From Alistipes communis (GTDB taxonomy: Bacteria; Bacteroidota; Bacteroidia; Bacteroidales; Rikenellaceae), in NCBI RefSeq assembly GCF_006542665.1, contig NZ_AP019735.1:856244-888243 (forward strand): a DNA stretch of 32,000 bases. Direction: 5' to 3'. The notes below the pieces were generated by a model, which worked only from the letters and a program-made list of their open reading frames with translations, had not been told where the DNA came from and made no database searches. Shown piece after piece: positions 1-11,559 of this stretch. The first letter of the stretch is position 1. Each line of letters opens with the position of its first letter. A program made the translations under genes and the position numbers.

Positions 1-2904
1 GATCGTACGCAACTCCTCGATCTCCAAACGGCCTTCGTATTTCGAAACGACGTTGGTCTCGACGACCGAGCCGCCGGCCACGCCGCCGACGTGGAACGTT
101 CGCAGCGTCAGCTGCGTACCCGGCTCGCCGATCGACTGTGCGGCGATGACGCCGACCACTTCGCCCTTCTGCACCATGCGCGCCGTGGCCAGGTTGCGGC
201 CGTAGCACTTCGCGCAGACGCCGTGACGCGCCTCGCAGGTGAGCACCGAACGGATCTCGACCGACTCCAGCGGCGACTTCTCGATCGCCTCGGCGATGTC
301 CTCGGTGATCTCCTGACCCGCCTTGCAGATCACCTCGCCCGTGAGCGGGTGGATCACGTCGTTGAGCGCCGTGCGGCCCAGAATGCGGTCGTAGAGCGTC
401 TGCACCACGTCGTCGTTGCGTTTGATGGCCGTAGCCGTCAGACCGCGCAGCGTGCCGCAATCCTCCTCGTTGATGATGACGTCCTGCGCCACGTCGACCA
501 GACGGCGCGTCAGATAACCGGCGTCGGCCGTTTTCAACGCCGTATCGGCCAGACCCTTACGGGCACCGTGCGTCGAGACGAAGTATTCGAGCACCGACAG
601 ACCCTCCTTGAAGTTCGAGAGGATCGGGTTCTCGATGACCTGCTGACCGCCTTCGACACCCGATTTCTGCGGCTTGGCCATCAGACCGCGCATACCCGAC
701 AGCTGGCGGATCTGCTCCTTCGAACCTCGGGCGCCGGAGTCGAGCATCATGTAGACAGGGTTGAAACCGTCCTGATCCTTCACCAGCGTGTCGATCACCA
801 CCTTCGTGAGTTTGGTGTTGATGTTCGTCCAGACGTCGATGATCTGGTTGTAACGCTCGTTGTTGGTGATCAGACCCATGTTGTAGTCCTCCATGATCGC
901 GTCCGAACGGTCGTAACCCTCCTGCACGAGCTTCTCCTTCTCCTCGGGGATAATCACCGCGTCGAGGTTGAACGACAGACCGCCCTGGAAAGCCATGCGG
1001 TAACCCATGTTCTTGATGTCGTCGAGGAACGCGGCCACCTTGTCGGCGCCGGCCTTCTTCATCACCACGGCGATGATGTCGCGCAGCGACTTCTTCGTAA
1101 GCACCGTATTGATGTAGCCCACCTCCTCGGGAACGACCTGGTTGAAGAGGATGCGGCCGATGGTCGTATCTTTCAGGACGCTCACCCGCTGACCGTTCTC
1201 GTCGATGTCGTTCACCATGCACTTCACCTCGGCGTGCAGGTCGGCGCGTTTCTCGTTGTAGGCGATGATCGCCTCCTCGGGGCCGTAGAAGACCAGCCCC
1301 TCGCCCTTGACGCCCTTGCGCGGCTTGGTGATGTAGTAGAGTCCCAGAACCATGTCCTGCGACGGGACGGTGATCGGCGCACCGTTGGCGGGGTTCAACA
1401 CGTTGTGCGAACCCAGCATCAGCAACTGCGCTTCCAGAATGGCGGCGTTGCCCAGCGGCAGGTGGACGGCCATCTGGTCGCCGTCGAAGTCGGCATTGAA
1501 GGCCGTACAGGCCAGCGGATGCAACTGCATGGCCTTGCCCTCGATGAGCTTGGGCTGGAAGGCCTGGATACCCAGACGGTGCAGCGTCGGGGCACGGTTC
1601 ATCAGCACCGGATGCCCCTTGATGACGTTTTCCAGAATACCCCAGATGACGGGATCCTTGCGGTCGATGATCTTCTTGGCCGATTTGACCGTCTTCACGA
1701 TACCGCGCTCGATGAGCTTGCGGATGATGAACGGCTTGTACAGCTCGGCCGCCATATCCTTCGGGATACCCATTTCGTGCATTTTCAGCTCGGGGCCGAC
1801 GACGATGACCGAACGCGCCGAGTAGTCGACACGCTTACCCAGCAGGTTCTGGCGGAAACGGCCCTGCTTGCCTTTGAGCGAATCCGACAGCGATTTGAGC
1901 GGACGGTTCGACTCGTTCTTCACGGCGTTGCTCTTGCGCGAGTTGTCGAACAGCGAGTCGACGGCCTCCTGCAACATGCGCTTCTCGTTGCGCAGAATCA
2001 CCTCCGGCGCCTTGATCTCGATCAGGCGTTTGAGGCGGTTGTTGCGGATGATGACACGGCGGTAGAGGTCGTTCAGATCCGACGTGGCGAAACGGCCGCC
2101 GTCGAGCGGAACGAGCGGGCGCAACTCGGGCGGGATGACGGGGATCACCTTCAACACCATCCACTCGGGTTTGTTCAACCCGTTCGAAGCGCGGAACGAC
2201 TCGATGACGTTCAGGCACTTCAACGCCTCGCTCTTACGCTGCTGCGAGGTCTCGGTCGAAGCCTTGTGACGCAGGGCGTAGGACATCGAATCGAGGTCGA
2301 CCTGCTGCAAGAGCGTGTAGATCGCCTCGGCACCCATCTGGGCGACGAACTTGTTGGGGTCCGAATCGTCGAGCGACTGGTTGCCCTTCGGCAGCGCGGC
2401 CAGCACGTCGAGGTACTCCTTCTCGGCGAGCGTCTGCAAACGCTCGATGCCCTGCTCGGCCGCAGCGCCGGGGTTGATGACCACGTAACGCTCGTAGTAG
2501 ATGATCGCTTCGAGTTTCTTCGAAGGGATACCCAGCAGGTAGCCGATCTTCGAAGGAAGCGAACGGAAATACCAGATATGCACCACCGGAACGACCAGCG
2601 AGATATGGCCCATGCGCTCGCGGCGCACCTTTTTCTCGGTCACCTCCACGCCGCAGCGGTCGCAGACGATGCCCTTGTAGCGGATACGCTTGTACTTGCC
2701 GCAATGGCACTCGTAGTCCTTCACCGGGCCGAAGATACGCTCGCAGAACAGACCGTCGCGTTCGGGCTTGTACGTTCGGTAGTTGATCGTTTCCGGTTTG
2801 AGCACCTCGCCGCTCGACTGGGCGAGAATCTCCTCGGGAGATGCCAGTCCGATCGAAATGCGATTGTAGCCGCCAGCCGGTTTGTTATCTTTGTTGAATG
2901 GCAT
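1..2904 (-). CDS. rpoC: DNA-directed RNA polymerase subunit beta-prime, N-terminal ~968 codons (3' end lies beyond the window start)
   Basis: Absent from the ORF track because the frame leaves the window without a stop. Reverse-strand translation from ATG 2904-2902 reads [35 protein letters not shown]. It continues into the [23 protein letters not shown] zinc-binding region. The same frame at 1441-1560 reads [40 protein letters not shown], with the catalytic NADFDGDQM at ~1471-1497. Lies directly downstream of rpoB. Confidence 0.97.
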   Translation of the reverse strand, partial: MPFNKDNKPAGGYNRISIGLASPEEILAQSSGEVLKPETINYRTYKPERDGLFCERIFGPVKDYECHCGKYKRIRYKGIVCDRCGVEVTEKKVRRERMGHISLVVPVVHIWYFRSLPSKIGYLLGIPSKKLEAIIYYERYVVINPGAAAEQGIERLQTLAEKEYLDVLAALPKGNQSLDDSDPNKFVAQMGAEAIYTLLQQVDLDSMSYALRHKASTETSQQRKSEALKCLNVIESFRASNGLNKPEWMVLKVIPVIPPELRPLVPLDGGRFATSDLNDLYRRVIIRNNRLKRLIEIKAPEVILRNEKRMLQEAVDSLFDNSRKSNAVKNESNRPLKSLSDSLKGKQGRFRQNLLGKRVDYSARSVIVVGPELKMHEMGIPKDMAAELYKPFIIRKLIERGIVKTVKSAKKIIDRKDPVIWGILENVIKGHPVLMNRAPTLHRLGIQAFQPKLIEGKAMQLHPLACTAFNADFDGDQMAVHLPLGNAAILEAQLLMLGSHNVLNPANGAPITVPSQDMVLGLYYITKPRKGVKGEGLVFYGPEEAIIAYNEKRADLHAEVKCMVNDIDENGQRVSVLKDTTIGRILFNQVVPEEVGYINTVLTKKSLRDIIAVVMKKAGADKVAAFLDDIKNMGYRMAFQGGLSFNLDAVIIPEEKEKLVQEGYDRSDAIMEDYNMGLITNNERYNQIIDVWTNINTKLTKVVIDTLVKDQDGFNPVYMMLDSGARGSKEQIRQLSGMRGLMAKPQKSGVEGGQQVIENPILSNFKEGLSVLEYFVSTHGARKGLADTALKTADAGYLTRRLVDVAQDVIINEEDCGTLRGLTATAIKRNDDVVQTLYDRILGRTALNDVIHPLTGEVICKAGQEITEDIAEAIEKSPLESVEIRSVLTCEARHGVCAKCYGRNLATARMVQKGEVVGVIAAQSIGEPGTQLTLRTFHVGGVAGGSVVETNVVSKYEGRLEIEELRTI

Positions 2905-2939
2905 AATGATTCAGTTTTTCTTTCTCGTTTTACTACCCT

Positions 2940-5900
2940 TTACTCCAGTTTGACCGAAAGCGCCAGACCGCGCAGCTCGTGCAGCAGGACGTTCATCGCC
3001 TCCGGAATGCCCGGCTTGGGCAGGTTGTCGCCCTTGACGATCGCCTCGTAGGCCTTGGCGCGGCCCGTCACGTCGTCCGACTTGATCGTCAGAATCTCTT
3101 GCAGGATGTTGGCGGCACCGAAGCCTTCGAGCGCCCAGACCTCCATCTCACCGAAACGCTGACCGCCGAACTGCGCCTTACCGCCCAACGGCTGCTGCGT
3201 GATGAGCGAGTAGGGACCGATCGAACGGGCGTGCATCTTGTCGTCGATCATGTGGCCCAGTTTGAGCATGTAGGTCACGCCGACGGTGGCCGGCTGGTCG
3301 AAACGCTCACCCGTCTCGCCGTTGTAGAGGTAGGTGCGGCCGCTGCGCGGGATACCTGCCTCGGCGGTATACTCGTTGATCTGGTCGAGCGAAGCGCCGT
3401 CGAAGATCGGCGTGGCGAACTTCACGCCCAGCTCGCGGCCCGCCCAACCGAGCACGGCCTCGTAGATCTGGCCGAGGTTCATTCGCGAAGGTACGCCCAG
3501 CGGGTTCAGACAGATGTCGACGATCGTACCGTCTTCCAGAAAGGGCATGTCCTCGTCGCGCACGATACGCGCCACGATACCCTTGTTGCCGTGACGGCCG
3601 GCCATCTTGTCGCCCACCTTCAACTTGCGCTTCTTGGCGATGTAGACCTTGGCCATCTGGATGACGCCCGTCTGCGGCAGCTCGTCGCCGTTGGTGAGGT
3701 TGTACTTCTCGCGCTTGATCGCGGCGTCGGCCTTCTTCCACTCGATCGTATAGTTGTTGATCGTAGCCTCGATCAGGGCGTTGACATGCTCGTCCGACGT
3801 CCAGCCGCACGATCCGAGATTGAGGAAACCCGTCGGGACGCCCGTGCGCTCGTCGGTCGTCTGACGCGACAGCTCTTCGAGCATCTTCTGCGTGAATTTC
3901 GTACCGGCGGCGTAAAGCTCCGCACCGAAATAGTCGGTGACGCCCGTCGTGGTCTTGCCCTGCACGAGCGACCAGAGCTTCTGCACGAGCAGTTTGGTCA
4001 GATCGGCGATCTCGGCGGCGAATTTCTCGTCGAGCTTTTCGAGCATCGCCTTCTCGGCGGCCTTCGACTTCTTGGCCTCCTTGCCGGCGCGGCTGTAAAG
4101 TTTGGTGTCGATCACCACGCCGTGCAGCGAGGGCTGCGCTTTGAGCGAAGCGTCCTTCACGTCGCCCGCCTTGTCGCCGAAGATGGCGCGCAGCAGCTTC
4201 TCCTCCGGCGAAGGATCGCTCTCGCCCTTGGGCGTGATCTTGCCGATGAGGATGTCGCCCGGGTGGACGTTGGCGCCGATGCGGATAATACCGTTGGCGT
4301 CCAGATCCTTCGTGGCGTCTTCGCTCACGTTGGGAATGTCGGAGGTCAACTCCTCGACACCGCGCTTGGTGTCGCGCACCTCCATGATGTACTCGTCGAC
4401 GTGCACCGAGGTGAAGATGTCCTCGCGCTGGATACGCTCCGAGATCACGATCGCGTCCTCGAAATTGTATCCCTTCCACGGCATGTAGGCCACTTTCAGG
4501 TTGCGGCCGAGCGCCAGCTCGCCGCCCTGCGTCGAGTAGCCTTCGGTCAGGATCTGCCCCTTCGTCACGCGGTCGCCCGTCAGCACGACCGGTTTGAGGG
4601 TAATCGACGTATTCTGGTTGGTACGGCGGTAGCGCGGCAGCTCGTAGGTGGTCACCTCGGGAGCGAACGAGCAGACGACTTCGTCCGGCGTACGTTCGTA
4701 TTTGATGCGGATCTGCGTGGCATCGGCGAAAACCACCTCGCCGTCGCCCTCGGCGACGATCTGGATGCGGCTGTCGGAGATCATGTCCTTCTCGATGCCC
4801 GTGCCGACGATCGGCGCTTCGCACGTGACGAGCGGAACGGCCTGGCGCATCATGTTCGATCCCATCAGCGCACGGTTGGCGTCGTCGTGCTCCAAGAAGG
4901 GGATCAGGCTGGCGGCGATCGAAGCGATCTGGTTCGGAGCCACGTCCATCAGGTCGACCTCCTTGTCCGTCACCACGGGGAAATCGGCGCCTTTACGCGC
5001 CTTGATACGGTTCGGTTGGAGGAAATGGCCCTCGTCGTCGATCGGAACGTTCGACTGGGCGACCACCTTTCCCTCCTCCTCTTCGGCGGAGTAGTAGCGG
5101 ATATGGCTGTTGTCCAGATCGATCACGCCGTCGTTCACCGAACGGTAGGGCGTCTCGATGAAGCCCATGTCCGAAATCTTGGCATAGACGCACAGCGACG
5201 AGATCAGACCGATGTTGGGACCTTCCGGCGACTCGATCGGACAGAGACGGCCGTAATGCGTGTAGTGCACGTCGCGCACCTCGAAACCGGCGCGGTCGCG
5301 CGACAGACCGCCGGGACCGAGCGCCGACAGACGGCGTTTGTGCGTAATTTCGGCCAGCGGATTGATCTGGTCCATGAACTGCGACAGCTGGCTGGTGCCG
5401 AAGAACGAGTTGATGACGCTCGACAGCGTCTTGGCGTTGATCAGGTCGACGGGCGTGAAGACCTCGTTGTCGCGCACGTTCATGCGCTCGCGGATCGTAC
5501 GCGCCATACGCACGAAGCCCACCGAGAACTGATTCGACAGCTGCTCGCCGACGGTGCGCACACGGCGGTTCGACAAGTGGTCGATGTCGTCCACCTCGGC
5601 GCGCGAGTTGATGAGCTGGATGAGGTACTTGATAATGGCGATGATGTCCTCGCGCGTAAGCGTGCGGATTTCGGGATCGATCTCCAACCCCAGCTTCTTG
5701 TTGATACGGAAACGGCCCACGTCGCCCAGATCGTAACGCTTGTCCGAGAAGAAGAGCTTCTCGATCACGTCGCGCGCCGTAGCCTCATCGGGCGGTTCGG
5801 AAGCGCGCAGCTGCCGGTAGATGTAGACGACAGCCTCCTTTTCGGAGTTGCACGGGTCTTTCTGCAACGTATTATATATAATGGAGAAATCGATGCCCGA

Positions 5901-6800
5901 CGGATTCTCCTTGTGCAGCAGGATCGTCTTGGCACCGCTCTCGATGATCTGTTCGATGTGCTCCTCCTGCAAGACGGTCTCGCGGTCGACGATGACGTTG
6001 TTACGCTCGATGGAGACTACCTCGCCCGTATCCTCGTCGACGAAATCCTCGACCCACGTCGAGAGCACGCGCGCGGCCAGCATCCGGCCGACGGCCTTTT
6101 TCAGATTGGCCTTGGTGACCTTCACCTCGTCGGCGAGATCGAATATTTCGAGGATCTGCTGATCCGCCTCGAAACCGATGGCCCGCAAAAGGGTCGTGAC
6201 GGGCAGCTTCTTCTTGCGGTCGATGTAGGCGTACATCACGTTGTTGATGTCCGTGGCGAACTCGATCCACGACCCCTTGAAGGGGATGATACGCGCCGAA
6301 TAGAGTTTCGTACCGTTGGTATGCATGCTCTGTCCGAAGAAGACACCCGGCGAGCGGTGCAGCTGCGACACGATGACGCGCTCTGCACCGTTGATGACGA
6401 ACGTACCCCGTTCGGTCATATAGGGAATCGTACCGAAATAGACGTCCTGAACGACGACACCGAAATCTTCGTGCTCCGTATCGGTGCAATAGAGCTTCAA
6501 CTTGGCCTTCAAGGGCACGCTGTACGTCAGACCGCGCTCCAAGCACTCCTCGATCGAGTAACGGGGCGGATCGACGTAGTAGTCGATAAACTCGAGAACG
6601 AAATTGTTTCTGGTATCCGTAATTGGGAAATTCTCCTGAAACACCTTGTAGAGGCCCTCGTTCTTGCGATTCTCGGCCGTGGTGTCCATCTGGAAAAAAT
6701 CTCGAAATGATTTCAGCTGTACCTCGAGCAGATCCGGATAGGGAACCCGGTTTTTCACTGTCGAGAAGCTAATTCTTTGTTGTGTTGTATTTGTGGACAT
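2940..6800 (-). CDS. rpoB: DNA-directed RNA polymerase subunit beta
   Basis: ORF 2940..6812 translates to an unmistakable RpoB ([48 protein letters not shown], and C-terminal [32 protein letters not shown]). The track ORF begins at a TTG (6812). The ATG at 6800 ([12 protein letters not shown]...) matches the usual Bacteroidetes N-terminus, so it is preferred. Confidence 0.97.
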   Translation of the reverse strand: MSTNTTQQRISFSTVKNRVPYPDLLEVQLKSFRDFFQMDTTAENRKNEGLYKVFQENFPITDTRNNFVLEFIDYYVDPPRYSIEECLERGLTYSVPLKAKLKLYCTDTEHEDFGVVVQDVYFGTIPYMTERGTFVINGAERVIVSQLHRSPGVFFGQSMHTNGTKLYSARIIPFKGSWIEFATDINNVMYAYIDRKKKLPVTTLLRAIGFEADQQILEIFDLADEVKVTKANLKKAVGRMLAARVLSTWVEDFVDEDTGEVVSIERNNVIVDRETVLQEEHIEQIIESGAKTILLHKENPSGIDFSIIYNTLQKDPCNSEKEAVVYIYRQLRASEPPDEATARDVIEKLFFSDKRYDLGDVGRFRINKKLGLEIDPEIRTLTREDIIAIIKYLIQLINSRAEVDDIDHLSNRRVRTVGEQLSNQFSVGFVRMARTIRERMNVRDNEVFTPVDLINAKTLSSVINSFFGTSQLSQFMDQINPLAEITHKRRLSALGPGGLSRDRAGFEVRDVHYTHYGRLCPIESPEGPNIGLISSLCVYAKISDMGFIETPYRSVNDGVIDLDNSHIRYYSAEEEEGKVVAQSNVPIDDEGHFLQPNRIKARKGADFPVVTDKEVDLMDVAPNQIASIAASLIPFLEHDDANRALMGSNMMRQAVPLVTCEAPIVGTGIEKDMISDSRIQIVAEGDGEVVFADATQIRIKYERTPDEVVCSFAPEVTTYELPRYRRTNQNTSITLKPVVLTGDRVTKGQILTEGYSTQGGELALGRNLKVAYMPWKGYNFEDAIVISERIQREDIFTSVHVDEYIMEVRDTKRGVEELTSDIPNVSEDATKDLDANGIIRIGANVHPGDILIGKITPKGESDPSPEEKLLRAIFGDKAGDVKDASLKAQPSLHGVVIDTKLYSRAGKEAKKSKAAEKAMLEKLDEKFAAEIADLTKLLVQKLWSLVQGKTTTGVTDYFGAELYAAGTKFTQKMLEELSRQTTDERTGVPTGFLNLGSCGWTSDEHVNALIEATINNYTIEWKKADAAIKREKYNLTNGDELPQTGVIQMAKVYIAKKRKLKVGDKMAGRHGNKGIVARIVRDEDMPFLEDGTIVDICLNPLGVPSRMNLGQIYEAVLGWAGRELGVKFATPIFDGASLDQINEYTAEAGIPRSGRTYLYNGETGERFDQPATVGVTYMLKLGHMIDDKMHARSIGPYSLITQQPLGGKAQFGGQRFGEMEVWALEGFGAANILQEILTIKSDDVTGRAKAYEAIVKGDNLPKPGIPEAMNVLLHELRGLALSVKLE

Positions 6801-6878
6801 CGGTAAATCCAAATTAAGTTGAAGTTTGTTCTTTCAATCGGGTACCTTCCTTTCCGACAGGTCTCCATAACCTGCGGC

Positions 6879-6917
6879 AATGCTCTCAGCGTAAACACAT
6901 TATACCCTCAGAGCATT
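6879..6917 (-). promoter_or_regulatory. Stable hairpin in the rpoB 5' leader (8 bp AATGCTCT/AGAGCATT plus 2 inner bp, 17-nt loop)
   Basis: AATGCTCT at 6879-6886 and AGAGCATT at 6910-6917 are exact reverse complements. Located 79-117 nt upstream of the rpoB ATG. Confidence 0.45.
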
Positions 6918-6920
6918 CCA

Positions 6921-6978
6921 AAATCCAAGAAAAGGGCACAGCTCCGACGGCACTCCCTTTTCTTAGACGAGAAAAGGC
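6921..6978 (-). promoter_or_regulatory. Candidate rplL-rpoB intergenic attenuator: three segments able to form two mutually exclusive hairpins
   Basis: On the minus strand, segment 1 is CCTTTTCT (plus 6970-6977). Segment 2 is AGAAAAGGG (plus 6955-6963). Segment 3 is CCCTTTTCT (plus 6928-6936). Segment 2 can pair with 1 (8 bp, 6-nt loop) or with 3 (9 bp, 18-nt loop). The 2:3 helix is followed by TTGGATTTTGG. Confidence 0.45.
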
Positions 6979-7044
6979 ATAGAGCTTACTTTGGGGGTAA
7001 ACTCTACACCTGAGTTGTCTGAAACTACGAAAGTAGTGACGAAA

Positions 7045-7422
7045 CTACTTGACTTCAACTTCAGCACCTGCCTCCTCGAGCTGGCCCTTGATCGACTCAG
7101 CCTCCTCCTTGGAGACACCCTCCTTAACGGCCTTGGGAGCACCGTCGACCAGCGCCTTGGCATCGCCCAGCGACAGACCTGCGATCTCCTTAACGACCTT
7201 GATCACCTGGAGTTTCGACTGACCTGCGTTTTTCAGGATGACATCGAACGACGTCTTCTCGGCGGCGGCAGCCTCGCCGGCACCGGCTGCGGGAGCAGCA
7301 ACCGCAACAGCTGCAGCAGCGGGTTCAATGCCGTACTCCTCTTTGAGGACGGTAGCCAATTCGTTTACTTCCTTAACAGTCAAATTTACCAATTCTTCTG
7401 CCAGTTTCTTTACATCTGCCAT
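7045..7422 (-). CDS. rplL: 50S ribosomal protein L7/L12
   Basis: 125 aa: [34 protein letters not shown], an Ala-rich hinge, and a C-terminal [51 protein letters not shown]. Confidence 0.97.
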   Translation of the reverse strand: MADVKKLAEELVNLTVKEVNELATVLKEEYGIEPAAAAVAVAAPAAGAGEAAAAEKTSFDVILKNAGQSKLQVIKVVKEIAGLSLGDAKALVDGAPKAVKEGVSKEEAESIKGQLEEAGAEVEVK

Positions 7423-7460
7423 AGTTGTAATTTTTATTAAATTCTTGTTTTTGTTCGTAA

Positions 7461-7982
7461 TTAGTTTCTTTCTTCGAGCGTCTTCACGAGGCCCGCAATC
7501 TTTTGGCCTGCATTAGCTTGCAATGCAGAGATAACATTCTTCGCAGGCGACTGCAGGAGCGAAACGATCTCTCCGATGAGTTCTTCCTTGCTCTTAATGT
7601 TGCACAGGGCATCCAACTGGTTGTCGCCGACATAAACGCACTCCTCCACGAACGCTGCCTTCAAGACGGGTTTCTCGCTCTTCTTGCGGAACTCCTTGAT
7701 GACAACGGCAGGGGCCTTCGCCGTCGTTGCAAACATTACCGAGGTCGAACCCTCTAAAACCTTCATCAGATCAGCATCCGCCTTCTCGGCCTTTTCGAGC
7801 GCCTTGCCGAAAAGGGTGTTCTTCACGACGACGAGTTTGATCTCGTTCTCGAAGCACTTTCTGCGCAACTGAGCGGTCTGCTCGGCGTTGAGCGTTTCGA
7901 TGTCGGTCAGATAGAAGTGAGGATACTCGTTGAGCTGCTCGGCGAGGTTGTTGATTACAACCGCTTTTTCTTCCTTGGTCAT
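7461..7982 (-). CDS. rplJ: 50S ribosomal protein L10
   Basis: 173 aa lying between rplA and rplL. L10-like sequence ([43 protein letters not shown]). Confidence 0.93.
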   Translation of the reverse strand: MTKEEKAVVINNLAEQLNEYPHFYLTDIETLNAEQTAQLRRKCFENEIKLVVVKNTLFGKALEKAEKADADLMKVLEGSTSVMFATTAKAPAVVIKEFRKKSEKPVLKAAFVEECVYVGDNQLDALCNIKSKEELIGEIVSLLQSPAKNVISALQANAGQKIAGLVKTLEERN

Positions 7983-8000
7983 CTCTTAAATCCTCCTTCG

Positions 8001-8699
8001 TTATTTGGTTTCAACTGATTTCGCATCGATCTGCAAACCGGGGCTCATCGTCGACGAGAGATAGATACTCTTCACGTAAGAGCCTTTGGCGGCAGACGGT
8101 TTGAGTTTCATGATCATCGAGAGGAACTCGTTGGCATTGTCGACGATCTGCTCCGGCGAAAACGAAACTTTACCGATCGATGTGTGAACAATACCGAACT
8201 TGTCGACCTTGAAGTCGATCTTGCCGGCTTTAACTTCGCTTACAGCTTTGGCAACGTCCATCGTCACCGTACCCGTCTTGGGGTTCGGCATCAGGCCGCG
8301 GGGACCTAGAATGCGGCCCAGCGCACCCACCTTGCCCATGACGTTCGGCGTGGTGATGATGACATCCACGTCGGTCCAGCCGCCTTTGATCTTCTCGACG
8401 TATTCGTCCAGACCGACGTAATCGGCACCGGCGGCCTTGGCCTCCTCCTCCTTTTCAGGAGTGCAGAGCACCAGCACGCGCACCGTCTTACCCGTACCGT
8501 GGGGCAGCGTCACGACGCCGCGCACCATCTGATTCGCCTTGCGGGGATCGACGCCCAGACGGACGTCGATGTCGACCGAAGCATCGAATTTCGTAAAGGT
8601 AATTTCCTTCAGAAGAGCTGCGGCCTCAGCGAGCTTGTACGCCTTGTTGGGCTCGACCTTCGCGTAGGCATTTTTCTGATTTTTCGTTAACTTGCTCAT
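8001..8699 (-). CDS. rplA: 50S ribosomal protein L1
   Basis: 232 aa: [62 protein letters not shown]. Typical L1 sequence and synteny. Confidence 0.96.
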   Translation of the reverse strand: MSKLTKNQKNAYAKVEPNKAYKLAEAAALLKEITFTKFDASVDIDVRLGVDPRKANQMVRGVVTLPHGTGKTVRVLVLCTPEKEEEAKAAGADYVGLDEYVEKIKGGWTDVDVIITTPNVMGKVGALGRILGPRGLMPNPKTGTVTMDVAKAVSEVKAGKIDFKVDKFGIVHTSIGKVSFSPEQIVDNANEFLSMIMKLKPSAAKGSYVKSIYLSSTMSPGLQIDAKSVETK

Positions 8700-8705
8700 G
8701 CTACG

Positions 8706-9146
8706 TTACTTTTTAGGAAATTCGCCTTTTACGTTGATGCCCATACTGCGAGCAGTACCGGCGACCATACGCATGGCAGCTTCGACGGTGAAGCAGTTCA
8801 GGTCGGGCATCTTGTCCCTGGCGATCGCCTCGATCTGTTCCCACGTGACCTCGCCGACCTTGTCGCGGTTGGGCTGCGCGGAACCGCTCTTGACCTTCGC
8901 GGCTTCTTTGAGCTGGATGGCTACGGGCGGCTGTTTAACAACAAAGTCGAACGACTTATCGCTATAAACCGTGATGATGACTGGAAGGACCTTCCCCGCC
9001 TTGTCCTGGGTACGTGCATTGAACTGTTTACAGAAGTCCATGATATTGACTCCCTTGGAACCCAACGCAGGACCCACTGGGGGTGAAGGATTGGCAGCAC
9101 CACCTTTAATCTGCAATTTGATAAATGCAGCGACCTCTTTTGCCAT
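8706..9146 (-). CDS. rplK: 50S ribosomal protein L11
   Basis: 146 aa: [47 protein letters not shown]. Canonical L11 N-terminal domain. Confidence 0.97.
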   Translation of the reverse strand: MAKEVAAFIKLQIKGGAANPSPPVGPALGSKGVNIMDFCKQFNARTQDKAGKVLPVIITVYSDKSFDFVVKQPPVAIQLKEAAKVKSGSAQPNRDKVGEVTWEQIEAIARDKMPDLNCFTVEAAMRMVAGTARSMGINVKGEFPKK

Positions 9147-9162
9147 AATTTTCCTTGGTTAA

Positions 9163-9723
9163 TTATTCTTTTTCTACTTGTGTAAAGCTCAACTCCATAG
9201 GAGTCTTGCGACCGAAAATCTTCACGGAGACCGTCAGTTTCTTGCGTTCGTTGTCGACTGCCTCGATGGTACCTTGGAAGCTCGAGAAAGGACCGTCCGT
9301 AACCTTGACGGTCTCGCCGACAAAGAAGGGAACCTCGTTCTCTTCCTCCATTTCGCTGAGTTCGTCGACCCGGCCCAGAATGCGGCTCACCTCCTGTGGA
9401 CGTAAGGGAGTCGCAATCATCTTCCGGCTCTCCTCCTTGGTATCGCCCAGGAAGCCCAGCACATTGGGAGTGTTGCGAATGATGATCGGAATTTGCCCTA
9501 CGAAGGCCGCCTCGATGAGGACGTAGCCCGGATAGGACACTTTTTCTTTCGAAATCTTCTTACCGTTGCGGATAGTATAGACTTTTTCGGTAGGAATCAG
9601 TATCTGAGAGATGTAATCTTCGAGGTGGTTGTGGCGAATTTCGGATTCGATGTACTCCTTCACCTTATTCTCCTTACCGCCCACGGCGCGGATCACATAC
9701 CATTGTTTCTTAATCTCGCTCAT
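9163..9723 (-). CDS. nusG: Transcription termination/antitermination factor NusG
   Basis: 186 aa: N-terminal NGN domain (KKQWYVIRAVGGKENKVKEYIESEI) and C-terminal KOW (FFVGETVKVTDGPFSSFQGTIEAVDNERKKLTVSVKIFGRKTPMEL). Synteny secE-nusG-rplK. Confidence 0.96.
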   Translation of the reverse strand: MSEIKKQWYVIRAVGGKENKVKEYIESEIRHNHLEDYISQILIPTEKVYTIRNGKKISKEKVSYPGYVLIEAAFVGQIPIIIRNTPNVLGFLGDTKEESRKMIATPLRPQEVSRILGRVDELSEMEEENEVPFFVGETVKVTDGPFSSFQGTIEAVDNERKKLTVSVKIFGRKTPMELSFTQVEKE

Positions 9724-9745
9724 AGCCAGTCAGTCGCATTGAAGA

Positions 9746-9943
9746 TTAGTGACCGATATTGCCGAGGAAACTGTATATGCCTTTCATAAGGTTCTCGAAC
9801 GAAATGTCCATGACCAGCACGACCAAAGCAAAAATCAACGACGCCACCATGACGACGATCGTTGAACTCTGCAATTGTGCGAAGGTAGGCCAAGACACCT
9901 TCTCGACGAGCTCCTTGTACGATTCTTTGATGTAGTTAAGCAT
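9746..9943 (-). CDS. secE: Preprotein translocase subunit SecE
   Basis: 65 aa with a single C-terminal transmembrane helix (VEKVSWPTFAQLQSSTIVVMVASLIFALVVLVMD). Conserved position between tRNA-Trp and nusG. Confidence 0.9.
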   Translation of the reverse strand: MLNYIKESYKELVEKVSWPTFAQLQSSTIVVMVASLIFALVVLVMDISFENLMKGIYSFLGNIGH

Positions 9944-9965
9944 ATTGCGAACTTTTATCTTTTAG

Positions 9966-10036
9966 CAGGAGCAGAGAGATTCGAACTCCCATCAACGGTT
10001 TTGGAGACCGCTATTCTACCCTTGAACTATGCTCCT
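9966..10036 (-). tRNA. tRNA-Trp (anticodon CCA)
   Basis: Hand-folded cloverleaf on the minus strand: AGGAGCA TA GTTC AAGGGTA GAAT A GCGGT CTCCAAA ACCGT TGAT GGGAG TTCGAAT CTCTC TGCTCCT G. The 7-bp acceptor, CCA anticodon and TTCGAAT T-loop are all present. No encoded 3' CCA. Confidence 0.9.
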
Positions 10037-10067
10037 AAAAAGGGGTGCGGAACCGGAATTCCGCACC
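10037..10067 (-). terminator. Rho-independent terminator-like hairpin after tuf, abutting the tRNA-Trp 5' end
   Basis: On the minus strand: GGTGCGGAA (plus 10059-10067), loop TTCCGG, TTCCGCACC (plus 10044-10052), then CC TTTTT (plus 10037-10043). Perfect 9-bp stem. The T-tract ends exactly at tRNA-Trp position +1 (10036). Confidence 0.6.
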
Positions 10068-10081
10068 TGTTATCGGTCGTA

Positions 10082-11269
<1,188 letters not shown>

Positions 11270-11376
11270 AGTTGTAATGTATTAGAATTCAAAAAATCTC
11301 TTAACAGCCGTTTTCTTCGCAGAACAACGGTGCGACGCATGCCGCACGACGGCTACATCACCCGTTTTCTGAATCT

Positions 11377-11452
11377 TGGAGCGGAAGACGAGGCTCAAAC
11401 TCGCGACCCTTAGCTTGGAAGGCTAATGCTCTATCAACTGAGCTACTTCCGC
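11377..11452 (-). tRNA. tRNA-Gly (anticodon TCC), 3' CCA encoded
   Basis: Minus strand: GCGGAAG TA GCTC AGTTGATA GAGC A TTAGC CTTCCAA GCTAA GGGTC GCGAG TTTGAGC CTCGT CTTCCGC T CCA. Good cloverleaf. Note the D-loop A19 and T-loop T56 (see findings). Confidence 0.88.
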
Positions 11453-11559
11453 AAAAATATACCGTATCAGAGTCCACCCTCCCTCCTCGCGACGAGCGCC
11501 CTGAGCCCTGCGTCGCACCGAGGTTTTGCATCCTCCAACCGGCACGCTCTTTTTAAAAG

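Noticed and set aside
91-6710. Very long plus-strand ORFs (91..3051, 986 aa; 2979..6710, 1243 aa) overlapping rpoC and rpoB.
   Set aside because: They are antisense to unmistakable RpoC/RpoB frames. Their translations are low-complexity (rich in R, V, D, L, H) with no recognisable motifs. Stop-free antisense frames are expected in high-GC3 coding sequence.
6899-6904. TATAAT hexamer (minus strand) upstream of rpoB as a sigma-70 -10 box.
   Set aside because: Bacteroidota primary-sigma promoters use the TAnnTTTG / TTTG architecture rather than TATAAT / TTGACA. The hexamer also lies in the loop of a predicted hairpin with no partner -35.
6800-9950. By eye, lower GC in the ribosomal-protein/nusG/secE block than in the rest of the window, as possible horizontal transfer.
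   Set aside because: These are universally conserved, highly expressed core genes in their ancestral synteny. The compositional difference is better explained by expression-linked codon usage. I did not compute GC values.
11270-11376. Search for a fourth tRNA (thrT-like) or other RNA gene between tRNA-Gly and tuf, and in the 107-nt Tyr-Gly spacer (11453-11559).
   Set aside because: No acceptor or T-arm combination could be folded by hand. Only short GC hairpins and the 12-bp bracket repeat are present. This needs tRNAscan-SE or Infernal to be definitive.
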